A stretch of 54,926 nucleotides of DNA from positions 1-54,926 of the forward strand of contig CALMZR010000248.1 of NCBI GenBank assembly GCA_937870845.1. Reading direction: 5' to 3'. Shown here in pieces: positions 33,112 through 41,332 of this stretch. The notes below the pieces were generated by a model. The model was given only the letters and a program-made list of their open reading frames with translations. It was not told the origin of the DNA and searched no databases. Positions within the stretch are counted from its first letter, which is position 1; every line of letters begins with the position of its first letter. This DNA comes from an uncultured Chloroflexota bacterium (GTDB lineage Bacteria > Chloroflexota > Chloroflexia > Thermomicrobiales > UBA6265). The translations under genes and the position numbers were made by a program.

Positions 33112-34218
33112 TCAGTCCGGAACGCACGACGCCGCGATCGACTCGATGAGGTACCGCGGAGTCTTCAGCTCCCCCGGATTCGGCAGCCGATCGACGGCCG
33201 CGACTACCACCAGATCGAGCGCGGGCACGACGAAGATGTGCTGTCCGCCGTACCCGAGCGCGAAGTACGCCGGATACCCGGTGTTGGTCGCCGTCACCCA
33301 CCACTGGTAGCCATACCCGGCCCAGGCCCCGGTCGAATCGCCCGCGCTCTGCCACGTGGTGGCGGCCGCGGCGTACTCCGGCGCCATGAGCCGCTCGCCA
33401 TCCCACGCCCCGTGGCGCAGGTAGAGGTAGCCGAGCTTGAGCATGTCGCGCGCCGTCAGCTCCAGCCCCGAGCCGGCGCTGACCTCGCCCTGTGGCGATC
33501 GCATCCACCTGCCAGGGACAATGCCGAGCGGGTCGAACAACGCCTCCTGCGCGTACGCTTCTAGCGGCATCCCCGCCGCCTTGGCCACCATCACCCCCAG
33601 GACGTGCGAGCCGCCCGTGTTGTAGACGTAGGTCTGGCCGGGGACGCCGACCACGGGCAAGCCGAGCGTCATCCCGACCCAGTCGGGCGCCGCCAGCAAT
33701 CGCTGCCAGTCCCCGTAGGCGTCCCACTGCAAGCCGCTCGTCATCGTCAGCAACTGCCAGAGGGTGACGTCGGCCACGCGCGGGTCCGCTCCCTCCGGGA
33801 TGCGCTCGGGAATGATCTCGCCGACCGTGGCGTGGATGCTGGCGAACAACCCCTGCTCCCGCGCCGTGCCGACAAGCGTGCCGGTGACGCTCTTGGTGAC
33901 GGAGCGGATGTTGATCGGTTTCTCCGCGTCCTGCCCGCCGTAGTACCGCTCGAAGACGATCGCCCCATGCCGCGCCGCCAGCAACGCGGACAGCGCCGGG
34001 ACCTCGCCCAGCGCCCGCGCATCGACCGCCTCCAGACCGAGCGGATCGACGCCGTGATTCGCCGCGTCGTCGATGCTCCACCGACTCGTCGGCCAGGCGG
34101 ACGGCGCCGCCTCCTGCGCTGCCGTTCTCGCACCGCTCAGCAGGCCGATCGCCGCGCCCGCGGCGCCGGCCAGCAGCGGTCTCCGCGAGCCTCGCCCCAC
34201 CGTCATCCCCCTCCTCAT
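33112..34218 (-). CDS. Serine hydrolase, beta-lactamase/transpeptidase-like, paralog 2, Tat signal
   Basis: SRRPLLAGAAGAAIGLL signal. SVTKSVTGTLVG (SxxK) and GYGGQHIFVVPALDLVV. The ATG overlaps the upstream stop (ATGA at 34215-34218). Confidence 0.82.
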   Translation of the reverse strand: MRRGMTVGRGSRRPLLAGAAGAAIGLLSGARTAAQEAAPSAWPTSRWSIDDAANHGVDPLGLEAVDARALGEVPALSALLAARHGAIVFERYYGGQDAEKPINIRSVTKSVTGTLVGTAREQGLFASIHATVGEIIPERIPEGADPRVADVTLWQLLTMTSGLQWDAYGDWQRLLAAPDWVGMTLGLPVVGVPGQTYVYNTGGSHVLGVMVAKAAGMPLEAYAQEALFDPLGIVPGRWMRSPQGEVSAGSGLELTARDMLKLGYLYLRHGAWDGERLMAPEYAAAATTWQSAGDSTGAWAGYGYQWWVTATNTGYPAYFALGYGGQHIFVVPALDLVVVAAVDRLPNPGELKTPRYLIESIAASCVPD

Positions 34219-35219
34219 CGCACCAGGAAGCCTCCTGCGGTCTGATCCTCTGGGTCCGCAATAAATTGGTGCAGCCCCGTCATGAACCCGCGGCCGGCGA
34301 TCTCCGTTTCGACGGCCGCGTACGAACCGACCGTCGTCTCCTTCAATACACGGCCAGTAAACGTGGTTCCGATCACACTTTCGTGTACGTAAGGTTGCCC
34401 GAGCGGGATGCGCCCATCCGCGAAGAGGCACGCCAGCTTGGCCGACGTCCCGGTGCCGCACGGCGACCGGTCTACCGCCCCCTCCGCATAGATGGTGATG
34501 TTCCGCCCATCCCCCCCTTCAGTCCGCGGCGGCTCGGAAACGATCGTGCCGTAGATGCCGCGCAGCTCCGGCTCCTCCGGGTGGACCACCTCGTGCTCTC
34601 GCTCGACCGCCCGCTTGATCTCCATGCCCAGGTGCGTCAGCAGCGCGGCGTGCTCCGGCAGGACTTCCACTTCAAGTTCCGATGCGTCGACAAGAACGTA
34701 GAACGCCCCGCCGAAGGCGATGCTGGCCCGAACGGGTCCCCTGCTCGTGGCCACCTCCACATCGTGCGCGAATCGAAACGACGGGACATTGCGAAACGCG
34801 ACGGACGTCACCCGCTCCCCCTCGACCGTCGCACAGGCGCGAATGAGCCCGGCCGGCGAGTCGTAAACCACCTCCGTCTGTGGCCCACGTCTCGGAAGCA
34901 TGCCCGTTTCCAGCAGCACGGTCGTCAGCGCGATGACCCCATGCCCGCACATCGTCGAATACCCCTCATTCGTGAGAAAGAGGACCCCGAAATCGGCCCC
35001 CGGCGTCACCGGCGGGGTGAGGATCGCGCCGTACATGTCGGCGTGGCCGCGCGGCTCGAAGAGCAGCGTCCGCCGCAGGTGGTCGTAATGCTCGGCCATG
35101 AACCGCCGGCGCTCCAGAATCGACGCGCCGGGCAACGGCGGCACGCCCGCGGTGATGATGCGCAGCGGCTCCCCCGCCGCATGCGCGTCGATCGTCGAGA
35201 TGATCCGGTCAAGACGCAT
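34215..35219 (-). CDS. Proline racemase family protein (Cys/Cys type: proline racemase or 4-hydroxyproline 2-epimerase)
   Basis: IDAHAAGEPLRIIT, EPRGHADMYG, the first catalytic Cys in STMCGHG and the second in SPCGTGTSA. Confidence 0.87.
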   Translation of the reverse strand: MRLDRIISTIDAHAAGEPLRIITAGVPPLPGASILERRRFMAEHYDHLRRTLLFEPRGHADMYGAILTPPVTPGADFGVLFLTNEGYSTMCGHGVIALTTVLLETGMLPRRGPQTEVVYDSPAGLIRACATVEGERVTSVAFRNVPSFRFAHDVEVATSRGPVRASIAFGGAFYVLVDASELEVEVLPEHAALLTHLGMEIKRAVEREHEVVHPEEPELRGIYGTIVSEPPRTEGGDGRNITIYAEGAVDRSPCGTGTSAKLACLFADGRIPLGQPYVHESVIGTTFTGRVLKETTVGSYAAVETEIAGRGFMTGLHQFIADPEDQTAGGFLVR

Positions 35220-35259
35220 GCCGCCCCCCAATCCCGGCTTTGCGGCCGCGGGCTCCGCC

Positions 35260-35265
35260 TATACT
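35260..35265 (+). promoter_or_regulatory. Candidate -10 box (TATACT) upstream of recQ
   Basis: gcctatactgt lies 40 nt upstream of the GTG start. The same hexamer occurs upstream of metH and the riboswitch. Confidence 0.3.
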
Positions 35266-35304
35266 GTACCCCGGTCGTAGGTTCATCTTCCCCGGAGACT
35301 GCGC

Positions 35305-38300
35305 GTGCCACCTTCGCTAGACACGGCCCCCGAGCGCCGGGGAGCCCCGTTGCCGCCCATCGCCGAACCCCACGTCGCTCCCGACGAGATCGCGGCGCTG
35401 CCCGCTGATCTGCGCATGCGCTACGCCGCCTGGCTTCGCGTCACCAGCCAGCACGGCGCCGCCCGCCGCGTCCTCGACATCATCGAGGAAGACTTCGGCG
35501 AAACCGCAACCCTTCTTGACGAGCGCGCCGCACTGGCCCTCGCCGCCGGCGACGCCGCCGCCGTCCGCACCACCTTCGAGCGCCGCTTGGCCAATCGCCC
35601 TGCCCCAAGCGCCCGCGCCGCCTTCGCCCGCGCCCTGCTGGAGCTGGGCGAGATGGAGGACGCCGCATCAATCGTCGCGGAACTCACGGCCAACCACGGC
35701 GAACTCGCCACGGTGCGGTCGCTCGCCGCCGACCTCGCCCTCCTCCAGGGCGACCTCGCCACCGCGCACGACCACGCTTCCGCGCAGCTCAGCGAAGACG
35801 AAACCCGAATCGCCCCGCGCCTCGTCCTGGCACGCATCGCCCTCCTCGGCGGCGACATCGAGGAAGCACGTGCACTCCTCGATCGGGCTCTCACCGAATC
35901 TGATGCGCTCACCGCGGCCCAGGCCGCGTCTGCCGCCGCCTTGGCCGATTTCCTGGGGCAGTCGGCACGCGCCCAGAGCCTGCGCATGCGGTACGCGCGA
36001 CTCGAGGCGCAGCGAGCTGCCGCCCTCGCGGCGGAAATCGCCGAGGCCCTCGGGCGAGACATCGACTACGGTCCCAACGGCCGGAGCGAGGACACGCCGC
36101 CGCTCTCACCCGCGGCGCCGACAAATGAGACGGTCGCATCGCCCGTACACCTCGCTCCTGAACCCGACCCCGCGTCCGCGACACCCATCACCGACGACGA
36201 GCCGATCGCCGACGACCGCGTCCTGGACACCCTGCGCGACGTCTTCGGCCATGACGCTTTGCGGCCAGGACAGGCGGCCGTCATCAACCGCGTGCTGGCC
36301 GGCCGCGATACGCTCGCCATCCTCCCCACGGGCGCCGGCAAGTCGCTGACCTTCCAGCTCGCCTCGCTCCTTCTCCCCGGCACGACCCTCGTCCTCTCCC
36401 CCCTCATCGCCCTGATGAAAGACCAGGTCGAGGCCATGCCTCCCGCATTGCGCGAGCGCACCGTCCTTATCAACAGCACCCTCTCCCCGACCGAGCAACA
36501 ACACGCGGTGGAAACAATCGCCGCCGGCGCGGCCAAACTCGTCTACGCCGCCCCGGAGCGCCTGCGCCAGCACACCTTCCTCCGCGCCCTGCGCGACGGC
36601 GGCGTCTCCCTCGTCGTCGTCGACGAGGCCCACTGCATCAGCCTCTGGGGCCACGACTTCCGCCCCGACTACCTGACCATCCCCGCCGCCCTGCCCGAGC
36701 TGGGCGACCCCTCCCTGCTGGCCGTCACCGCCACCGCCACCCCGCGCATCGCCGCCGGCATCGCCGCCGGCTTCGGCCGCGAGCTCGACCGTGTCCGCAC
36801 CAGCGTCTTCCGCCCCAATCTTTACTACGAGGTCCACCGCCTGCCGAACCGCGAAGACAAGATCAAGAAGATCATCGCGGTTTGCCAGGAGGAAAAGGGC
36901 GCCGGCATCGTCTACGTCTCCTCGCGCAAGGACGCCGAGGCCATCGCCGCCCTCTTGCGCGACCGCGGCGTCGGCGCCATCCCCTACCACGCCGGCCTCG
37001 ACCCCGAGACCCGCGCCGCCAACCAGGAGCGGTTCATGGCTGGTCAGGCCCGCGTCGTCGTGGCCACCGTCGCTTTCGGCATGGGTGTCGACAAGCGCGA
37101 CGTCCGCTTCATCGTCCACCTCAACCCGCCCCGCTCCCTCGAAGCCTACGCTCAGGAGTCCGGCCGCGCCGGCCGCGACGGCCTCCCCGCCCGCTGCGTC
37201 CTGCTGATCGCCCCCGCCGATCAGGCCAGCCTCAACCGCCTCGCCCGCCGCGACGAGCAGGACATCGACACGCTCCGCCGCCTCTATATGGCCGTCAAGC
37301 AAGCCGCCCGCGGCCGCTGGGCCATCGTCGACCCCAACGCCCTGCTCCCCCCGCCCTCCCACGACGACGACCCCGACGACGACCCCGACCCCCGCATCGG
37401 CCTCGGCCTCCTCGACCAGGCCCGCCTCCTCCGTCGCCACCCCGACGCGCCGGTCACGTACACGCTGCAACGCGTCGATCCGACCGAAGCCGGCAGCGCC
37501 GTCGACCCGCAGTTCGCCGAATTGGCGACCTGGTCGGGTCTGGACGAGCGCGGATCGACAACTATCCGCACCGCCGACGCCTGCGACCGCCTCGACCTCT
37601 CCCCAATCGACCTGGGACGTCTGCTCGCAAGCCAGCCCGGTCTCACCGTTCGCGAAGGCCCCCGCCTCGTCTGCCTAGAGCTCCTCCCCGCCGGCACGGA
37701 CGCCGGAGCCCGCCTGAACGACATCCTCGCCCGCGCCCGTCGCGAAGCCAAAGCCCGCATCCAGCAGGTCATTACCTACGCCACCGGCACGCGCTGTCGC
37801 CACGCGGCGCTCGCGAGTCACCTGGGTGAATCGCTGAACCCCTGCGGCGACGCCTGCGACGTCTGCCTCGACGCTGTTGCTCCCACTCAGCGCGCGCACA
37901 CCACCACAGCCGAAGGCGCAACCACCGCCCGCACCCGCCTCACCCCCGCCGATGCCCTCGCCGTCCTGAATGCGGTGCGCACCCTCCCCTACGGCATGGG
38001 CAAGACCGGCCTGGCCCGTCTCCTCCTCGGCTCCGTGGAGAGCCGCGTCCGCCCCGACCGCTCCCCCGCCTTCGGCGCCCTCTCCGCCTTCAAGAAAGGC
38101 AAGATCGAAGCCCTCATCGACCGCCTCGTCGACGACGGCCTCCTCCTCCGCGACCTCGACCACGAGTACAAGCTCATCCACCTCACCGACCGAGGCGCCG
38201 CCGCTGCGCTCGACGACCTCGCGGATTATGACGAGGAAATCGCCCGCCCCCGCCCCGCGTCATCAGCATCGACGGCAGACGACGACATCGCCCTATCCCC

Positions 38301-38541
38301 CGACGACGAAGAACTCCTGGCCCGGCTCCAGGACTGGCGCCGCGACCGCGCCTCCCGCGACGCCGTTCCTCCCTACGTCGTCGCTCACAACGCCACCCTG
38401 GCCGAAATCGCCCTCCACCACCCCACCTCCCTCGAAGCCCTCACCCGCATCAAAGGCTTCGGCCCGACCCGCGCCGAAAAATACGGCCCCGAGCTCCTCA
38501 CCATCCTCGGCATGACCGCAACGACCGAGCCTCCCGAATAG
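35305..38541 (+). CDS. recQ: RecQ family ATP-dependent DNA helicase with a ~300-aa Ala/Leu-rich (TPR-like) N-terminal extension
   Basis: Helicase motifs LRPGQ, PTGAGKSLTFQ, VVDEAHCISLWGHDFRPDY and AFGMGVDKRDVRFIVH. Zn-binding Cys cluster CRH...CGDACDVC. C-terminal HRDC domain (VPPYVVAHNATLAEIA...IKGFGPTRAEKYG). Confidence 0.9.
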   Translation: MPPSLDTAPERRGAPLPPIAEPHVAPDEIAALPADLRMRYAAWLRVTSQHGAARRVLDIIEEDFGETATLLDERAALALAAGDAAAVRTTFERRLANRPAPSARAAFARALLELGEMEDAASIVAELTANHGELATVRSLAADLALLQGDLATAHDHASAQLSEDETRIAPRLVLARIALLGGDIEEARALLDRALTESDALTAAQAASAAALADFLGQSARAQSLRMRYARLEAQRAAALAAEIAEALGRDIDYGPNGRSEDTPPLSPAAPTNETVASPVHLAPEPDPASATPITDDEPIADDRVLDTLRDVFGHDALRPGQAAVINRVLAGRDTLAILPTGAGKSLTFQLASLLLPGTTLVLSPLIALMKDQVEAMPPALRERTVLINSTLSPTEQQHAVETIAAGAAKLVYAAPERLRQHTFLRALRDGGVSLVVVDEAHCISLWGHDFRPDYLTIPAALPELGDPSLLAVTATATPRIAAGIAAGFGRELDRVRTSVFRPNLYYEVHRLPNREDKIKKIIAVCQEEKGAGIVYVSSRKDAEAIAALLRDRGVGAIPYHAGLDPETRAANQERFMAGQARVVVATVAFGMGVDKRDVRFIVHLNPPRSLEAYAQESGRAGRDGLPARCVLLIAPADQASLNRLARRDEQDIDTLRRLYMAVKQAARGRWAIVDPNALLPPPSHDDDPDDDPDPRIGLGLLDQARLLRRHPDAPVTYTLQRVDPTEAGSAVDPQFAELATWSGLDERGSTTIRTADACDRLDLSPIDLGRLLASQPGLTVREGPRLVCLELLPAGTDAGARLNDILARARREAKARIQQVITYATGTRCRHAALASHLGESLNPCGDACDVCLDAVAPTQRAHTTTAEGATTARTRLTPADALAVLNAVRTLPYGMGKTGLARLLLGSVESRVRPDRSPAFGALSAFKKGKIEALIDRLVDDGLLLRDLDHEYKLIHLTDRGAAAALDDLADYDEEIARPRPASSASTADDDIALSPDDEELLARLQDWRRDRASRDAVPPYVVAHNATLAEIALHHPTSLEALTRIKGFGPTRAEKYGPELLTILGMTATTEPPE

Positions 38542-38600
38542 CCCCGCGTCCCCAGATCGCCGTCCCCGAAACCGGCGCCCCGATCTCGGCATCCCCCAAG

Positions 38601-38633
38601 GTGTCATTCCGAGCGAAGCGAGGAATCTCGGCC
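38601..38633 (+). repeat. Repeat family R2, single copy (near-consensus)
   Basis: gtgtcattccgagcgaagcgaggaatctcggcc. Confidence 0.7.
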
Positions 38634-38720
38634 CCAGACGACGACGCTCCTTGACCAGCAGGACCCCTCCATCATCTGCACGGCAAGACGCACCCCCGAC
38701 GAAGCGGCCGCGAACCCCTG

Positions 38721-38729
38721 TGCTAAACT
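38721..38729 (+). promoter_or_regulatory. Candidate extended -10 promoter (TGcTAAACT) for tRNA-Sec
   Basis: tgctaaact ends 12 nt before the predicted tRNA 5' end. Confidence 0.4.
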
Positions 38730-38741
38730 CCTCGCCGCCTC

Positions 38742-38836
38742 GGGGGCGGATGGGGCCCGGTGGCCTCCCCAGTCTTCAAAACTGTGCGAGTGGGGGCATT
38801 CCCCTCACTGGTGGGTTCGACTCCCATGCGCCCTCG
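38742..38836 (+). tRNA. selC: tRNA-Sec (selenocysteine), anticodon TCA
   Basis: 95 nt. Anticodon loop CTTCAAA (TCA at 38776-38778). 6-bp D stem ggggcc/ggcctc with a 4-nt loop cggt. Long variable arm agtggggg/cccctcact. T arm gtggg-ttcgact-cccat. 7-8 bp acceptor stem, discriminator G. The layout parallels E. coli selC. Confidence 0.82.
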
Positions 38837-38951
38837 CCCTGGACTCCGTTGCCGTGGCGCGGCGCCCGAGGATATCGTTGCGGCGCAGCATCTGGCCTTC
38901 GCTAGAGAAGAACGCGCAGGAACAAACCCGATCGCCGGACGCGTCGCTCTT

Positions 38952-39206
38952 TTGCAGATCACCAGGACGGCCGAAGAGAAGTTCGCGGCGCGTCGCATAA
39001 GTCGAGATCAGGTCGCCGCGGTGCCCGAAGGCCGCACAGTGTTAGCTAGGAACCGCAAAGGGCGCGCCGCCTCACACCTCTTGATCGGTCGCGACTCCCA
39101 AGGCCGCTGCCTGGCCATCCCCGTCAATCCCACGGATGATCCATCCGTGTAGCGAGTCATTACCGCCTGGTATTGCAAGCCGAGCAAGGTCGCCAAGCTG
39201 CGGTAG
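38952..39206 (+). pseudogene. Small toxin-like gene (DUF4258-like pattern) interrupted by an in-frame TAG
   Basis: LQITRTAEEKFAARRISRDQV...GRCLAIPVNPTDDPSV[TAG 39150-39152]RVITAWYCKPSKVAKLR then TAG. The downstream piece continues the family-typical C-terminus (xVITxYxxSKxxKxx). No good start codon or Shine-Dalgarno sequence. Confidence 0.45.
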
Positions 39207-39217
39207 AGGAGCACCCC

Positions 39218-39493
39218 ATGTCCAAACCCATCCGCTACGAGTCAATCCAGGACCCGCTCGACGAAGAAGAACGCGAACTCATGGACCCCGAGACGTGGGA
39301 TTGGGACTCCGCTGAGGCACTCCCCCCGATGCCGGACGTGAAGATCGAGTTGCCGATTGCGTTCACGCGCGACGAGTACCTCACCATCGGTCGCGCCGCC
39401 GATGCTGAGGGCATGACCACGCACGCATTCATCGCCCAAGTTGCGCTCGCCGTTGCCCAAGCCCTAGAGCCGCGCAGCCAGTCTGCCGCCTGA
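39218..39493 (+). CDS. Antitoxin-like small acidic protein (C-terminal RHH/BrnA-like segment)
   Basis: GAGGAG precedes ATG 39218, which is 12 nt after the toxin-like frame ends. Acidic N-terminal half (DPLDEEERELMDPETWDWD), then IELPIAFTRDEYLTIGRAADAEGMTTHAFIAQVAL. Confidence 0.55.
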   Translation: MSKPIRYESIQDPLDEEERELMDPETWDWDSAEALPPMPDVKIELPIAFTRDEYLTIGRAADAEGMTTHAFIAQVALAVAQALEPRSQSAA

Positions 39494-39748
39494 GCCGCAC
39501 GTCCGGCGAGCTGCCTGACCGAAGGTTGGAACCGCCTCCGCCCACTACGCAACCGGAACCCGGCGACCGGGACGCTCTACGCGGACGGTAGGCCGAACGT
39601 AGGGCCGCTCGTTTCGCCCCGTCAATCACGCCCATCGTCCGCTTTGGCCCCTGTACAGGCGTGTTAACAGCCCGGTAATGCTCACCGCATAGGCTCGCAG
39701 AGGCATCGCGGCAGAGACGGCTCACCCCATTCGGAGAAAGGGACTGAC

Positions 39749-40201
39749 ATGGAAAGCACCTCGTTCGACCACATCATCGCCCGCCTGCAAGCGGACGCCT
39801 CGCGCCGCCGGCTGCTGGCCGGCCTGCTCGGGACGGCGACGGCGATGCTAACCGGCGCCGCCGTCACCGACGCCAGGAAGCAAAAGAGCAAGGGCCGCAG
39901 ACCCAACAACGGCGGTGGCGCCGTGACCGCGAAAGTCCACATCTGTCACCGCAACCGACGTGGCGCCGGCTTCAGCCTGATCGCCGTCGCCAGGTCGGCC
40001 GTGCCGGCCCACCGGCGCCGCGGGGACATCATCTGCCCCGTGCCTCCCGAGTGCTTCGTCATCACCGGCTGCAGTGGCCATGGGAACAGCGTGTGCGCCA
40101 TCGAGCCCGACGAGGGAGCGCCCTGCAACGACTTCTACCCCGCCGCGGGCGTCTGCAACGCCGAAGGCCAGTGCACGGAGCTGCCCATCACCTCCGGCTG
40201 A
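39749..40201 (+). CDS. Small Tat-signal Cys-rich secreted protein
   Basis: GGAGAAAGGG precedes the ATG. SRRRLLAGLLGTATAMLTGAAV twin-arginine signal. The mature part has 9 Cys, including VHICHRN...AVPAHRRRGD and CFVITGCSGHGNSVCAIEPDEGAPCND...GVCNAEGQC. Confidence 0.68.
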   Translation: MESTSFDHIIARLQADASRRRLLAGLLGTATAMLTGAAVTDARKQKSKGRRPNNGGGAVTAKVHICHRNRRGAGFSLIAVARSAVPAHRRRGDIICPVPPECFVITGCSGHGNSVCAIEPDEGAPCNDFYPAAGVCNAEGQCTELPITSG

Positions 40202-40525
40202 TCGCTGTCTGCGCCCGACGCTCACCGCCGGACCCGGGCGCTCTCACAGACCGTCCGGCGGCAAGCCGATGTGCCTCTCTGCCCCTCGCACATGCCTTAG
40301 CGCCCCGGTCGCCATGGCCGGGGCGCCCCTGCGGGAGACCGTCGAGACGGGAGACGCGGACTTCGCCCGTTGCGCCGCGTTCAGTTTTCCGCCCGGCTCC
40401 GAGTACGCCAGGCCCGCCCTGACGTTGCGGGCTAGCGCTTGCACCGGTACGGAGTCAGTCTGCAAAGTCCGCGTCGAAGCGGTCTGTCAAGTCGATGCAT
40501 GCTCCAACGCGGGCGTCAATACTCA

Positions 40526-40583
40526 GCGAGTGGGCATGCTCCCCCATTACAGCTGAGTTTGACTCCCGCGCCTCCTCGCCACC
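40526..40583 (+). repeat. Degenerate duplicate of the 3' half of tRNA-Sec (candidate att remnant)
   Basis: gcgagtgggcatgctcccccattacagctgagtttgactcccgcgcctcctcgccacc compared with tRNA 38786-38839 gcgagtgggggcattcccctcactggtgggttcgactcccatgcgccctcgccc. Shared blocks are gcgagtggg, cat, tcccc, gactccc, gcgcc and ctcgcc. Confidence 0.4.
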
Positions 40584-41053
40584 CCAAAACCTGTGTACGT
40601 CTACCCAATTTCGCGATAACCCGTCAACACGTGTCCCATTTTGCCCCGCCAAACGTGTCTCTATAGGTAGAGGAGGGAACACACACCCGGCGGCGGAAGC
40701 GTCGACCCCGCCGCCCCCCCTCCCTCCCCAGGCCGACGCCCCGGCCCGGGTGCATCTTGTGGGGAAGTCCGCCAACCGGCGCGCGGCCCGATCAGCCGGC
40801 GCCGGGCGGCAGCCCCGACCCGTCATCCCGTGTTCCAGATTCCGTATCCCGTGTTCCGTGTTCCGGATTCGTCGACACACCCCGAGGACCGCGCCCCGGC
40901 CGGCGCGTGCCGGGCGGCGATCCGCCGCGCACCCGCCCCCCGCGTGCATCACCAAGCGCCGCATCCCCCGAACCGACCCAGGGCGTTGGGCGACGGCGGG
41001 AGCGCGGGGGGACCCACGGCGTCGCCGCCGGACCCCGGCCGCAGCGCGCCACC

Positions 41054-41102
41054 AAAGCCCCCTCTCCCCGCGCACAGGGAGAGGGGGGTGGGGGGTGAGG
41101 GC
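41054..41102 (+). repeat. Repeat family R3 copy
   Basis: aaagccccctctccccgcgcacagggagaggggggtggggggtgagggc (hairpin ccctctcc/ggagaggg plus a G-rich tail). Confidence 0.7.
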
Positions 41103-41162
41103 ACACCGCCCTCACTCCGTCCCACCCCTCCGTGGCCAAGCTGCGCCCAACACCCGAAGCCG

Positions 41163-41190
41163 ATAGCCCATAGCCCATAGCCCATAGCCC
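41163..41190. repeat. Tandem heptamer microsatellite (ATAGCCC)x4
   Basis: atagcccatagcccatagcccatagccc, four perfect copies. Confidence 0.9.
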
Positions 41191-41210
41191 GTTGCCCCGC
41201 CCCCCAAGAT

Positions 41211-41245
41211 CTTCGGCATCTTTGGCATCTTTGGCATCTTCGCCC
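41211..41245. repeat. Tandem nonamer repeat (CTTYGGCAT)x3 plus a partial copy
   Basis: cttcggcat ctttggcat ctttggcat cttcgccc. Confidence 0.85.
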
Positions 41246-41270
41246 GTTCAAGCCGCTATCCGGGCAGCGA

Positions 41271-41332
41271 AAAACCCCTCTCCCCGCGCGCGGGGCCGGG
41301 AACCACCTGGGCGGCGGTTTGGGGTGAGGGGC
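41271..41332 (+). repeat. Repeat family R3 copy (variant)
   Basis: aaaacccctctccccgcgcgcggggccgggaaccacctgggcggcggtttggggtgaggggc. Confidence 0.6.

Noticed and set aside
36106-37470. 454-aa minus-strand ORF and several plus-strand alternative-frame ORFs inside recQ
   Set aside because: These are Gly/Ala/Asp/Val- or Pro/Arg-rich shadows of the recQ frame.
38760-38951. N-terminal part of ORF 38760-39152
   Set aside because: It overlaps tRNA-Sec and has no start codon support. Only the distal part resembles a small toxin.
40300-40326. Hairpin gcgccccgg...ccggggcgc about 100 nt downstream of the Cys-rich protein gene, as a terminator
   Set aside because: There is no U tract and GC-rich palindromes of this size are frequent in this DNA. 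The support is not strong enough to call it as a feature.
40455-41251. ORFs 40455-41075(-), 40495-41166(+), 40792-41178(-) and 40949-41251(-) in the gap after the Cys-rich protein gene
   Set aside because: They are mutually overlapping on both strands, Arg/Pro/Gly-rich, and span REP-like elements and microsatellites. I treat this region as non-coding.
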